From Antechinus flavipes (Eukaryota), in contig NC_067403.1 in the NCBI RefSeq assembly GCF_016432865.1, positions 252,340,001-252,404,000 on the forward strand: DNA of 64,000 nucleotides. The letters run 5' to 3'. Shown here in pieces: positions 1 through 11,246 of this stretch. The position numbers and the translations under genes are program-made. Every line of letters starts with the position of its first letter. Positions within the stretch are counted from its first letter, which is position 1. Under the pieces are notes generated by a model. It was not told the DNA's origin and made no database searches. It saw nothing but the letters and a program-made list of their open reading frames with translations.

Positions 1-139
1 GGAACCTGAGGACATAGATCATCCCTAATGCTCTTATAATAAGCATGATAATTTGTACAGTGCTTCAAGATTTGCAAAGCGCTTCATAAATATGATTTTT
101 GTTTGATCCAGATCTTGGAAGCAATTTTAAAACAAAGAT

Positions 140-400
140 GGAAGATGGAAGGGACCTTAGAATACAGACAGTCCGAGATGGGAAGCAATCTTAGAACAGG
201 GAATGTTAGAGCTGGGAGGTACTTTAGATGTTAGAATTGGGGGCAAGAGCTTGAATTTGTTAGAGTTGGAAGGGATCTTATTAGAGGGAACTTAAGATTT
301 GAGAAGGATCTTAGAATAAGGAACGTCAAAGCTGGGAAGGGTCTTAGAACAGGGAATGTTAGAGCTGGGAGGTAACTTAGGATATTGGATCTTAGATTAT
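140..400 (-). repeat. Degenerate tandem array of CR1/L3 (MIR3-like) 3'-tail units
   Basis: Repeated tcttagaacagggaatgttagagctgggagg-like units; reverse complement resembles the 39-bp unit at 38941-39447. Confidence 0.6.
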
Positions 401-1429
401 AAGTGGAGAGCTAGGCATCTGGACTAATTCTCTCAGTTTATAGATGAGGAAACTGAAGCCCAAAGGAGTCAGACCATTTGGCCAGGGTCATACAACTCAC
501 ATGTATCAGACACAAGAATAGAACTCAGATTTTTCCAGCGCTCCATCCACCAGCTTAGAGACAAGTCAACAGAAATATCATAACCATATGAGACCCTCTA
601 GTTCAATCCTCTGGTCATACCAAAAAATAAACTGAGGCATCAAAGGAGATAACAGATGTGGAAATGCTTTTTTCAGGTTATAAATGCTGCAAAAAACAGC
701 TGAGGCATCAACTGTTATTGATGTCCTTCTATGGCTGGTGTGAGATGAATCTCAGTGAACTTCCTGGTCCTCTATGGTGGGCTGACTCTTCAGAAATCGG
801 GCTTTGCAGGTCACTGCACCCAACATTGCCATGTTCCCAGGGAGCTAAAAGCTGCCCAAACAGGACAAATGATCCAATTTCTCGGGATTCATATTTATTA
901 TTTTCTTTTATTCAGACTTTTGACATCATATGGAATAGAGATTTTTCCAAGCTTACACAGTGAAGAAGAGCTAGGATTTGAACCAATTCCCTGACAATAA
1001 TAATGATGATAATGATACTAATAAATGGGAGCTGAAGCCTAGAGCCTCGAGATCTGATCTCAGAGACTGAGTTGATAAGGCAAGTTCCTCACTTGATGAT
1101 CATCCCTTTTACAGATGAGGAGACTTCCTCTCTCAGCACACCACTTCAACCTCACCATGTTTACCTAACTGGCTCACAACAGGCCCCAGTCTGCCATCAT
1201 CCCATGACCCACATTTCCAGCTTCCAGCAAAGGATCTGTCCAAAGCACTTGCACTTTTACAATGTCAGACACATAATCAACAAACACTTGTTTGTCACCA
1301 GGCACTATCCTAGGTGCTAGAGATATAGAGATGTCACACAAAACAACCTCATAGCAAACTCTCTTATCTAGTTAAAAAAAATACATTAATGATGTTCATT
1401 TAGAAGAACAAAAGGTCAAAAATTTCAAA

Positions 1430-1960
1430 GAACCAGAAGGAAATTATATAAAGGAAGTCGATTCAGTAATGTCAGACCTTAAACTATATTGTATGGTGAG
1501 AGCATTATTAAAGTATAAAATGGGTCATTTTTATTATTTTAAATGGAAATTTTTTGTATAATGAGATGATTCAGATCTGGTCCAATGATCTTGTGATGAA
1601 GAGGCCATCTATACCCAGAGAGAGCACTATGGGAACTGAGTGGGGACCACAACATAGCATTTTCACTCTTTTTGTTGTGGTTTGCCTGAATTTTATTTTT
1701 TCTCTCATTTTTTTTTTTTACTTTTTGATCTGATTTTTCTTGTGAAGCAAGATAATTATATAAATATGTATGTCTATATTGGATTTAACATATGTTTTAC
1801 TATGTTTAACATGGATTGGATTACATGCTATTTAGGGGAGGGGAAAAGGGGGGAAATTTTGGAACAAAGTTTTTCAAGGGTCAATGTTGAAAAAATTATC
1901 CTCGCATATGTTTAGAAAATAAAAAAACTTCAATAAAAAAGGATTAAAAAATGTTTCGTA
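1430..1960 (+). mobile_element. L1 3' fragment (marsupial L1 3' UTR with A-rich tail)
   Basis: aatgagatgattcag...tccaatgatcttgtgatgaagag...gactgtgggaactgag motif shared with other L1 3' ends in the window; A-rich end. Confidence 0.8.
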
Positions 1961-2479
1961 TAAATAAAACCTATGCAACCAAAAATAGAACGAATGCAGA
2001 AATGGGAGGGAGGGGGACTTTCAGACATCCTTTTGGCTAGAATGTGATTGGGTTGGAATACTGCTGTGGTGTAGGAAATATGAGGTGCTAGAAAAACATG
2101 GAAGGGCTTGGACTTATGAGGGAGGATTCTATTCGCCCCCAGAGAAATGGATGACAAGCAAAAATAAGCATAATATGATCTTATAATATATGGGTGTGAG
2201 TGTATATGAGTATATACGTGTATGCTTATCGATAGCTGTGTATGGGCAGGTCTACACTTATTTGAGGTGGGAGGGGAAAAATAAAGTAAAAAGGGCATAG
2301 TAGAGAACAAAAGAAAAACAAGAAAGCAATGTAATCAGCTTTGGGAAAAAATGGGTATTATTTATTATATAGGTTTTCTTGACATTGAAAGATTGAATCC
2401 TCTCATGTTCTGCTGTGTACAAGGCAATTTTTTTTCTTTTTATATTTTGTATTTAAGTTTAAAATAAATTTTAAAACTT

Positions 2480-4800
2480 AAAAACAAACTCACAAGGACC
2501 GAATAGGGAAGGCAATCAGGATCTGTGTAAGCATGCACGGAATAAATATAAAGAGACTAAAAACTAAATAATTCCATACAAGATAGTTTGGAAGAGATGG
2601 CATTAGCTGCTGGGGGATCAAGAAAGTCTTCCTTTACTTCCTGTAGAAGGGATACTTAAGCAGTGTCTTGAAGAGAGTTTCATTAAGATAGCAGTGAAAA
2701 GGGAGGACATTCTAAGGCAACTGGGATAGCCGTGGAAAAAGCAAAGAGAAATTGAGACAATTGGTCACATCACAAAATGTGGAAGGGAGAGTAATGGCCA
2801 ATGAATTTGAGCAATGAGATTGGGTTTTAAAAGTTAAATGGAAACATTTATGTTTTACCTTAGGGGCAAGAGGAGATCACTAGAGTTTATCGAGTAAAAG
2901 TGATGGAGGATCATGGAGGGCTAATAATGGCGGAGTGTGAGAGAAAGGTTCAGGATGAAGGCAACTTATTCATTATGGAATAGGAATTACAGTGGGAACC
3001 GGAAAAAGAACCAGGCTGGAAGAGGACTCGGGTGGAGAAGGATTAAAGAAAATCATTTTGGTTATTGTAGAATATACAGGAATGATGAGAGATTTAAGAC
3101 CGGGAGAGCAATAAATAATCTAAACAAGAAGGGATGAGGGCCTGAACCAAGATGTAAGTAGAGTGTGAGTAGAAACAAGAGGTTGGATACTAGGAAGATC
3201 ACAAAGCAAGAAATAGTGGGATTGGACATCTAACTTGATGTTGGATGTCAGATGTCAGATGAGGGAGAGTGAGGAATTGAGGATAACGGTGAGATTGGGA
3301 GCCCAAGGAGCTGGAAGGATGGTGGTGCCATTGCCAGGAAGAGAGGAAAGAGATGAAAAAGAAGAATAGGGAAGTTTTGAAGAAAGGTAAGTAGAGGGAG
3401 AGAGATCATAAGTATTATTTTGGATACATTTAGTTTCAAGAGTCTCCAAGAGATACAAATTGGAATATCTAAGGGGAAATAAAGGACTGAAGCTCAAGAA
3501 AGAGATGGATATATAGTTCTAGATCACTGGATTTTAGTGAGTCCTACTCTTCATGAGGATAATGTTCATGAGGTTCTCTTGGTAAGGATACTGGAAAGAT
3601 TTGCCGTTTTCTTCTCCAGAAACAGAGGGCGAGTGATTTGTCCATGTAAGTATCTGAAGCCATAATTGAACTCAGGTCTCTCTGACTCCTGGTCCAGCAA
3701 TCTCTACACTGAGCCATCTAACTATCATCCTTGTACAGAGGTGATAATTAAATCTATAACAACTGATGAAGTCTCCAAGGTAGAGTATGGAGAGAGAGAA
3801 AAGAAAGTCTAGGGCAGAGCTTTAGGGGGGAAAAACACATTTCGGGAGCTGGATCTGACTGCTGAACCAACAAAGGAGACAGAGGAGACAGAAACCAGGA
3901 AGAAGGATAGATCGAATGTGTCAAATGTAACAGGTTACCTGAGAAGGATAAAGATCAAAAAATTAAGAGACTTGGCAATTAAGCCATGACAGATGACCTT
4001 GGAGAAAGCTGTTTCAGTTAAGTGATAAGCTTGGAAACCAGATTGCAAGAGGCTTTATGGGAGGTGAAAGAAAGAGAAAGAGAAACAGTATAAATAGCTT
4101 TTTCCGGGAATTTGACTGACTGAGAGAAAAGATATGGGCCAGTAATCTGAGAAGACGGAGTCTAGTGGGGATGGGAAGAAATGTGAAAAGAGAAGTAAGG
4201 GTGAGGAAGAAGAGAGAGAGGAGTGAAAAAGGGGGGAGAGGGAAAGAGAGAGACAGAGAGAGACTGAGGTAGACAGAGAGACAGAGATGGGGGGGAGAAG
4301 GAGAGAGAGACAGACAGAAGGAAGGAGGGAGAGGGGGGAAGGAAGAAGAGAGAAAGGGAAGGAGGGAGGGGAAAGGGAAGGAGAGAGAGAGAGAGGGAGG
4401 AAGGAAAGAAAGGGAGGGAGGGAGAATGAGAGAGAGAAATGGAGACAGACAGAGTAAAGATGATGGAGGTTGTAGATTGCTAGAGAAGACTGGAGTGGAT
4501 GTCATGATAGTATTAAGAACAAATATAAAGGAAATGGCGTTGGTGGGAAGAAAGGCTATTTCATTGAAGAGTTGGGATCAGTGATAAGGGATCTGAGATA
4601 AAGAGAAAAGGAGAAGAGGAAGCTCGTGTAGAATGACCCCAATTTCTCTCTTTTTTTAAATTAACAAGCATTTATTTTCTCTTCTTCCCATCTCTGCCCC
4701 ACTCCCTCCATTTGTCAAAAATCAGATGAGAGAGATGGGAGTTGGAGGTTTGCTTCTCAAGGAGAGAAGAGGTTTGAAAAAACTTTTGTGGGGCTCAAGA
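2480..4800 (-). mobile_element. Old L2-derived purine-rich region (antisense), interrupted by SINEs and low-complexity GA tract
   Basis: Typical antisense L2 texture (ggaagatgactttgag/gagatttaagac/ggattggacatctaacttgatg); boundaries approximate. Confidence 0.55.
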
Positions 4801-4825
4801 TAAGGAATTAATGTCTGTTGTTGTT

Positions 4826-5110
4826 CAGTTGTTTGGGGCATGTCTGACTCTTTGTGACCCCATTCAGTGGGTTGGGTTTCTTTGGTTCTTTTTGTTTGTT
4901 TTTTGTTTATTTGGCAAAGATGCTGGGGTGGCTGACCATCCCCTTCTCTAATTCATTTTACAGATGGGGAAACTGAGATAAACAGGGTTAAATGGCTTGC
5001 CAAGAGTCACACAGCTAGTAAATGTCTGAGAGCAGATTTGAACTCAGAAGGATGAGTTTTCCTGACTTCATGTCCAGTACTCTATCCACTGCACCACGTA
5101 GCAACTCTAA
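4826..5110 (-). mobile_element. Mar1/MIR-family CORE-SINE
   Basis: gttgttcagttgttt...tgtctgactctttgtgacccca...cattttacagatggggaaactgag...gcttgccaagagtcacacagctagt...gatttgaactc. Confidence 0.8.
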
Positions 5111-5427
5111 GGAATTAGTTAGGTAAGAATAAAAGGATTGCCTTGCCATGGTGAGGGCCCAGCTGAAGATGGATACAGGGAATTTAGAACGTACTCAGGG
5201 AGCGTAGTTGTGAGATTTCCTCCAGTTCCCTTCAGCACTTGTGAGAAGAAAGTGAAGATACAATAGTTGTAAACCAGGTCTGAGGTCTGACAGGGGGAAT
5301 CAGTGATAAGATTCTTAAGGGAAATGATTGGCTAATAATAAGATAAAAACATAAAAGAAGGGAAGTTCGAGCAAGGATAAAGATCTGAGAAAATACTAAA
5401 GGGCAAAGGGTCAAGGTTCTTGCTGAG

Positions 5428-5591
5428 AAGGGCAGCTATGGTGCAGTGGATAGGGCTCTGAAGTGAGGAGGATCTGAGTTCATACTTACTAGCTGTGTGA
5501 CCCTGGGCAAGTCACTTAACCCCAATTGCCTTGGGGGAAAAAAAGAAAAAAAGAAAGTTCTTGCTTTGGGGGAAAAAAAGAAAAAAAGAAA
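5428..5591 (+). mobile_element. Short tRNA-derived SINE (WSINE1-like) with 12-bp TSD
   Basis: Head gggcagctatggtgcagtggatagggc, body ending gtcacttaaccccaattgcc plus A-rich tail; TSD gttcttgctgag at 5416-5427 and 5592-5603. Confidence 0.8.
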
Positions 5592-6744
5592 GTTCTTGCT
5601 GAGGACACAGATGGGTTCAGAAGGGGCAAGTCACTGGAAGCGATGGAATGATGATGAGAACTAGTGGTTGAACATCTTTCTGTGGCTGGAGTAGAGGATC
5701 ATGGGATTTAAGGAAGCTGAAGAACTGAGAGGCTAGGGAGTTGCAGAAATCCTCTAATAAATGGAAGAGGAGGAGAGGAAGCTGGTGAGGATGGAGCTGG
5801 ACTCCTTGAGAAAGAAGGGAGAATGAATCTGGGGATGGGATACAACAGCCAACATTATCTGGATTGCTTTGATTTTTTAAAAAGAATGAATAATTCTTCA
5901 TTGATAATTAATTTTTGAATGAATTTAAAAAGAGGAAAATAAAAAGAGGAGTGTTCTGACTCCTCATCGAGGGCCATGGTGGGAAGGAAAGCCAGTGGTG
6001 GGGCGGAGATACCATCATGGAGGATCAGGGAGGGCTAATAATGGTGGAGTGTGAGAGAAAGGGCGGCTTATTCATTATGGAATAGGAATTACAGGGGGCA
6101 CAGAAAAAGAACCGGGCCGGCAGGGGACTCGGGTGGGGAAGGATTAAAGAAAACAGGAAGGAGAGAAGAGAATGTGGAAGTCGGGGTGAATTCCTCTCAT
6201 GGCCGGCGATGGATCCACACAAGGATAGGGAGAAAAACGAGTGAAAATTGAGAGAAAACAGGTGGGAAATTGTTAGTCACACGTGGAATAGAGGGCGATA
6301 GCTGAAAAAAATTCCCAGTCTCCAAAGTGTGATGCTGCTGGTGAAGGCCAGAGATTTAGGGGCTCAGTCAGTCATGGGGCGAGGTCTTGGAAGGGCCCGG
6401 CCTGATCCCACTGCTCCAGGGTGGTCTTCGAGAGCAGGAAAGGGCCATTTCACAGGAGGTGCTCAAGTGGGGAATGAGACCGGCGTTATCATAAGGAGTA
6501 AGTTTTAGAGCTGGGCCAAAGTTCGCTCATCTGTGTAACGAAGGGGCTCCTTCACTGAGCTCCAGGAGCCTTCCGGCTCCCAAGGCCCCCAGTGATGAGG
6601 CGGTTGAGGGCACTGGGGGCAGAAGAATTTAGATCCGGTTTTCTGACCCCAAACCCAGGGCTCCTTCTCCAAGGCGCTGCCTCCATAACCGGGGGAAGGT
6701 TCCTCCCCGACATGATCCTTTGTTTTCCAGCCTCTCTGGCCACC

Positions 6745-6969
6745 ATGACCTCAGCCCCGGCCACCAATGGGGTGTTTGTGGTCATCCCCCCCAATAACGC
6801 CAGCGGTATCCGGCCGGGCCCGGCCATGCTGCCCAGGACCCTGTGCCAGTCTCCGGGGACTCTGCAGTTTGAGGAGCCGCCACTGGGCCCGCAGCCTCCC
6901 GGAAACGCGCCTCCTCAGAGACTTCTCCCGGCAGAGACGTTCCTGAACGGGGAGCCCAAGGCCTTGGGG
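6745..6969 (+). CDS. MS4A15: MS4A15 coding exon 1 (MTSAPATNGVFVVIPPNNASG...ETFLNGEPKALG)
   Basis: Acceptor ttttccag ends 6730, Kozak gccaccATG, donor GTGAGC at 6970; peptide closely matches the human MS4A15 N-terminus (MSAAPASNGVFVVIPPNNASG...TFLTGEPKVLG). Confidence 0.95.
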
Positions 6970-7503
6970 GTGAGCCTCCCTCGGGGTCTGCTTTGGGTGG
7001 TGGGGGGGAGAGGAGGTGCTTTCGGGGGGCAGGGGTCGAGGGAAGTCCCTGGAAAGAAAGAGCATCACGGATCTCAGACTGGCCAGAGCTCTGTTATTCT
7101 AGCCCACGTCTCAACCAGAAGTTCACCAGAGATCCCTGATGAAGGCGCCCAGCCCCCGCTCGTAGACCCTGGGGGAGGGGAGGGTCACTGCCTTCTGAGG
7201 GAGCCCGTTCCACTGCCAGAAAACGGGTGGAGGGGCCTCTTTCCTGACATCGTCTCCCCGTGGCTGTTTAGAACTCCCCTCCTTTGGGGCTGATTCTTCC
7301 TCCCCAAACACATAAAATCTCCAGCATCCTCCACACAGAGCCCTTCTGTCCCAGAGCGGCCCTGGCTCCCCCCTTCCCCACACCCCTGCCCTTCACGCTC
7401 TGACCTCAGTCTGGGGAGATAAAGGCTGGCAGCGATCCACATCTGCCGCTCAGAAAGTCTGGAGAGAGGAAAGATCCCAAGCTAGACCCCCTTATCTCTG
7501 AAC

Positions 7504-8336
7504 NNNNNNNNNNNNNNNNNNNNNNNNNNNNNNNNNNNNNNNNNNNNNNNNNNNNNNNNNNNNNNNNNNNNNNNNNNNNNNNNNNNNNNNNNNNNNNNNN
7601 NNNNNNNNNNNNNNNNNNNNNNNNNNNNNNNNNNNNNNNNNNNNNNNNNNNNNNNNNNNNNNNNNNNNNNNNNNNNNNNNNNNNNNNNNNNNNNNNNNNN
7701 NNNNNNNNNNNNNNNNNNNNNNNNNNNNNNNNNNNNNNNNNNNNNNNNNNNNNNNNNNNNNNNNNNNNNNNNNNNNNNNNNNNNNNNNNNNNNNNNNNNN
7801 NNNNNNNNNNNNNNNNNNNNNNNNNNNNNNNNNNNNNNNNNNNNNNNNNNNNNNNNNNNNNNNNNNNNNNNNNNNNNNNNNNNNNNNNNNNNNNNNNNNN
7901 NNNNNNNNNNNNNNNNNNNNNNNNNNNNNNNNNNNNNNNNNNNNNNNNNNNNNNNNNNNNNNNNNNNNNNNNNNNNNNNNNNNNNNNNNNNNNNNNNNNN
8001 NNNNNNNNNNNNNNNNNNNNNNNNNNNNNNNNNNNNNNNNNNNNNNNNNNNNNNNNNNNNNNNNNNNNNNNNNNNNNNNNNNNNNNNNNNNNNNNNNNNN
8101 NNNNNNNNNNNNNNNNNNNNNNNNNNNNNNNNNNNNNNNNNNNNNNNNNNNNNNNNNNNNNNNNNNNNNNNNNNNNNNNNNNNNNNNNNNNNNNNNNNNN
8201 NNNNNNNNNNNNNNNNNNNNNNNNNNNNNNNNNNNNNNNNNNNNNNNNNNNNNNNNNNNNNNNNNNNNNNNNNNNNNNNNNNNNNNNNNNNNNNNNNNNN
8301 NNNNNNNNNNNNNNNNNNNNNNNNNNNNNNNNNNNN
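7504..8336. other. Assembly gap (833 N) in MS4A15 intron
   Basis: Run of N. Confidence 1.
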
Positions 8337-8415
8337 GGCCCAGAAGGGCCTCTGGAGGAAGGAAGCTGGAAGGCCTGGGCCTCCCTGACTCCGCCGCCCC
8401 CCCGGCTCCCTGCAG

Positions 8416-8538
8416 ACGGTCCAGATCCTGATCGGCCTCATCTACATCAGCTTCGGCAGCGTCCTGCTGATGTTCCGGAGGGGCTACGTGGGCATGTTGT
8501 TTGTCGATGGAGGGATCCCCTTCTGGGGAGGAGTGTGT
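8416..8538 (+). CDS. MS4A15: MS4A15 coding exon 2 (TVQILIGLIYISFGSVLLMFRRGYVGMLFVDGGIPFWGGVC; TM1 and start of TM2)
   Basis: ccctgcag acceptor, GTGAGT donor, phase 0; CD20-family GxxQI and PFWG motifs. Confidence 0.95.
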
Positions 8539-9184
8539 GTGAGTACAGGAGCGAGGCCGGGGGCTGGATTGGGTTGTCGTCCCCTGAGGTCCCTTTCCCA
8601 CCCAGCCCATCACCAAATTACCCATAAGCAGGCAGGATTATAATGCACTCGGAGAGCCAACGTTGCGGTGCAAGGAGAGCAGCCATCCCTACCTGAGAGA
8701 CACAGGGCAGTCCCTGCACCCCCACCCCCAACTCCATCTGAGCCCCTTTCAGGGCTGCAAAACTCTACAAAAACACAGAAAATCCTACATTTGGAGTCAA
8801 AAGTCCTGGGTTCAAGTCCCCCCTCACTGTGGGAGCTTGGACACGTTCAAAGGTCTCTCTGGGCTTTGTTCCCTTGTAAGTGGAGAAGCCAGGACTGTCC
8901 TGGTCTCCTGTCTAGCTCATCCTCAGGAAGAGCTGGGAGACCTGGGGGATCCAGGGAGGGCCCCCGGAGCCTCTGGCCCAAGGGCATTGCTCCAGGCCCT
9001 GACAGAGAAGCGGGAACAGAAGACAAAGGGGACCTGGCAGCGGAGGAGCCCCCAGCCCTGGGAAGGTGCCCTCCTACAAGGCCCCGGGGCTGGGCACAGC
9101 TGCTTGGGGGAGCCTGGGGCCCCACTTGCCCATCCTGGAGCTCGGTCTCTGCCCCGCGGTGAGTGCCCCCCTCTTCCTCACTAG

Positions 9185-9241
9185 TTCATCATCTCTGGAT
9201 CCCTCTCGGTGGCTGCAGAGAAGCATCATACCAGCTGTCTG
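9185..9241 (+). CDS. MS4A15: MS4A15 coding exon 3 (FIISGSLSVAAEKHHTSCL)
   Basis: ctcactag acceptor, GTGAGT donor; canonical MS4A IISGSLSVAAEK motif. Confidence 0.95.
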
Positions 9242-9960
9242 GTGAGTGCCGAGAGGGGCCTGGTGGGGGCACTGAGGGCGGGCCCAGAGGGGCCCGGATG
9301 GGGCCCCGAGGGCGGGCCTGGAGGGGGGCACCAAAGGAGGGCTCAGAGGGGGGAGCACCAAAGGCAAGCCCTGCCCAGCCCACTGGATCCTCACAATGGA
9401 AGCAGCTCCGGGGCACAAAACCCCCAGGCTGGGCCCCCACTCCAGGCAGCAGGACAAGGCTGGGGGGGATGGGAGACAAAGCAGAGCGTGGAACCTGCGG
9501 GTTCTACTCTTGGGTGATGGAAAACCCCGACAATCCACCCACGTTAGTGTGAAATGTAGCGAGGGGCCCATTTAAAACTTGGATGGAGGCTGGGCTCACG
9601 AGCTCCGAGCCCACCCTCCCAGGGCGGTCCTCAGGGCCCCGGCAGCCGGGGGCAGGAGGGCGGGTACAAGGGGACATTTGCCCCAGCTGCCAGGGGAGTC
9701 TCTTCTGAGGGAGGAGAGGCCAGTAAAATGGACGGAGGGCGGCCCAAACACTGACCTCGGTGACCTGACCATTCCTGAACTTGAGGACGGTGCCAGAAGC
9801 GGGAGATGATGGAGCAGGGCATGTGGCTGAGGGACGGACATTGCCTGGAAAGCGAGACCCTGCCCAGGCAATTTGGCCTTTCTTGGGGGACTTGAGGAGC
9901 TCAGTGAAGACCCTTCTGGGGCCCAGAGAGAGGACCCCTCATCACTTCTCTTCCCTTTAG

Positions 9961-10053
9961 GTCAAGAGCAGCCTGGGGATGAACATCCTCAACATCATCG
10001 CTTCCTTCGCTGCCACGGCCATCCTGCTGATGGACTTTGGGGTGACTAACTGG
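9961..10053 (+). CDS. MS4A15: MS4A15 coding exon 4 (VKSSLGMNILNIIASFAATAILLMDFGVTNW; TM3)
   Basis: ttccctttag acceptor, GTGAGT donor; matches human VRSSLGTNIL...AILLMDFGVTNR. Confidence 0.95.
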
Positions 10054-10117
10054 GTGAGTGAGTGGCCAAACGTAACCGGGGGACCTCAATCCTGAAAGCC
10101 CTGGGCCTGTGATGCAA

Positions 10118-10143
10118 ACACACACACACACACACACACACAC
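10118..10143. repeat. (AC)n microsatellite
   Basis: Direct reading. Confidence 0.95.
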
Positions 10144-10171
10144 CCCTACCTCCACTCAGTGTTGGAACATA

Positions 10172-10370
10172 GAGAACAGAGAATGTCAGAGCTGAGAAGG
10201 ACCCTAGAACATGGAATGGCAGAGCTGAGGACTCTAGAACATGGAATGTCAGAGTGAAATGATCCTAGAACATGGAATGTCAGATCTGAGAAGGAACCTA
10301 GAACATAGAATGGCAGAGCTGAGAACTCTAGAACATGGAATGGCAGAACTGGGAGGGATGTTAGTACATA
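10172..10370 (-). repeat. 30-33 bp minisatellite, about 6 copies (ctagaacatggaatggcagagctgag...)
   Basis: ctagaac recurs at 10204, 10234, 10265, 10298, 10328; deleted variant of the 39-bp unit at 38941. Confidence 0.8.
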
Positions 10371-11246
10371 GAGTACAGGGTGCCTTTAGCTGTGAGGAGC
10401 CTGATATTGTAGAACACACAACATTACAGATTAGGAACCTTCTAATATAGAATATAATCCATCAGAGCTAGAACCTCAGGGACCTCATTCCCCATCCCAA
10501 AAGAACCCCCTCAGCAGGAACGCTGCCCGAGCCTTTCTGAGAGAAGACTCAGAAGTTGTCTCGGGATATCCTCCGCCCTCCACCTCCCCTCTCATTCCCT
10601 TTTCCCTTCCCCTTCACCGAGAACACTCCCACATCCCCTCGTTGACCTCCAAGGTCCAGCCTCGGCTGCCACCTCCTCCCAGAAGCCTTCGGTCCAACTT
10701 CAGCCCGAAAATCAACCCCCTTCCGTGACCTTCTCGTATTGATCTATTTGTAATTTGCCGATGCGGGGACGTGGGATTTGGGCTGCGGGGTGGGGGCCGA
10801 AAGTAGGGCGCCAGAGAGCGACTTGCAGGCAGCTTTCCTCGCCCCCAACTTCTCTCCCCTTTCCCGGCCACGGCTCCCACACTAGGCGAGGGCTCCAGGG
10901 GCAGGTGAGTGAATAATGACAACAGTCGGCATTTATAAAGCGTTCAGAGGTTTGCAGAGCCCTTTACACGGGGGACTTCAGTCCTCGTGACCACCCTGGG
11001 AGTTGGGTGCTACTGTTAGCCCCTTTTACAGATGAGGAAACTGAGGCTGAAAGAGAGTAACTGGCCTGCCTAGCCTCACACAGCTACTGAGTGTCTGAGG
11101 AAGGCTTTGAATTCAGGTCTTCCTGACTCCACGTTCAGCGTGCTACGGGAATAGGCCGGTTCCTTCAGAAGCGCAAGCTTTTGTGTGGTCGAGTTGGAGT
11201 TTGGGGCCCTTGAAGTATAAAAAGACTTGGCCTGGAGAGAAAGGGT

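Noticed and set aside
632-712. Repeated ctgaggcatcaa as ARE/MARE-like sites
   Set aside because: It mismatches the TGACnnnGC core and overlaps the common MIR word aactgaggc
755-1320. Possible last exon of an upstream MS4A gene (MS4A18)
   Set aside because: There is an acceptor-like cag near 1181, but no frame gives a recognisable MS4A tail, and the flanks are MIR-derived
6592-7293. 233-aa ORF as a single-exon gene
   Set aside because: Only 6745-6969 is coding; the rest is read-through into the flanking introns
7482-8625. Long minus-strand ORFs (also 29852-30452, 37633-37927, 40353-41024)
   Set aside because: They span N gaps translated as X
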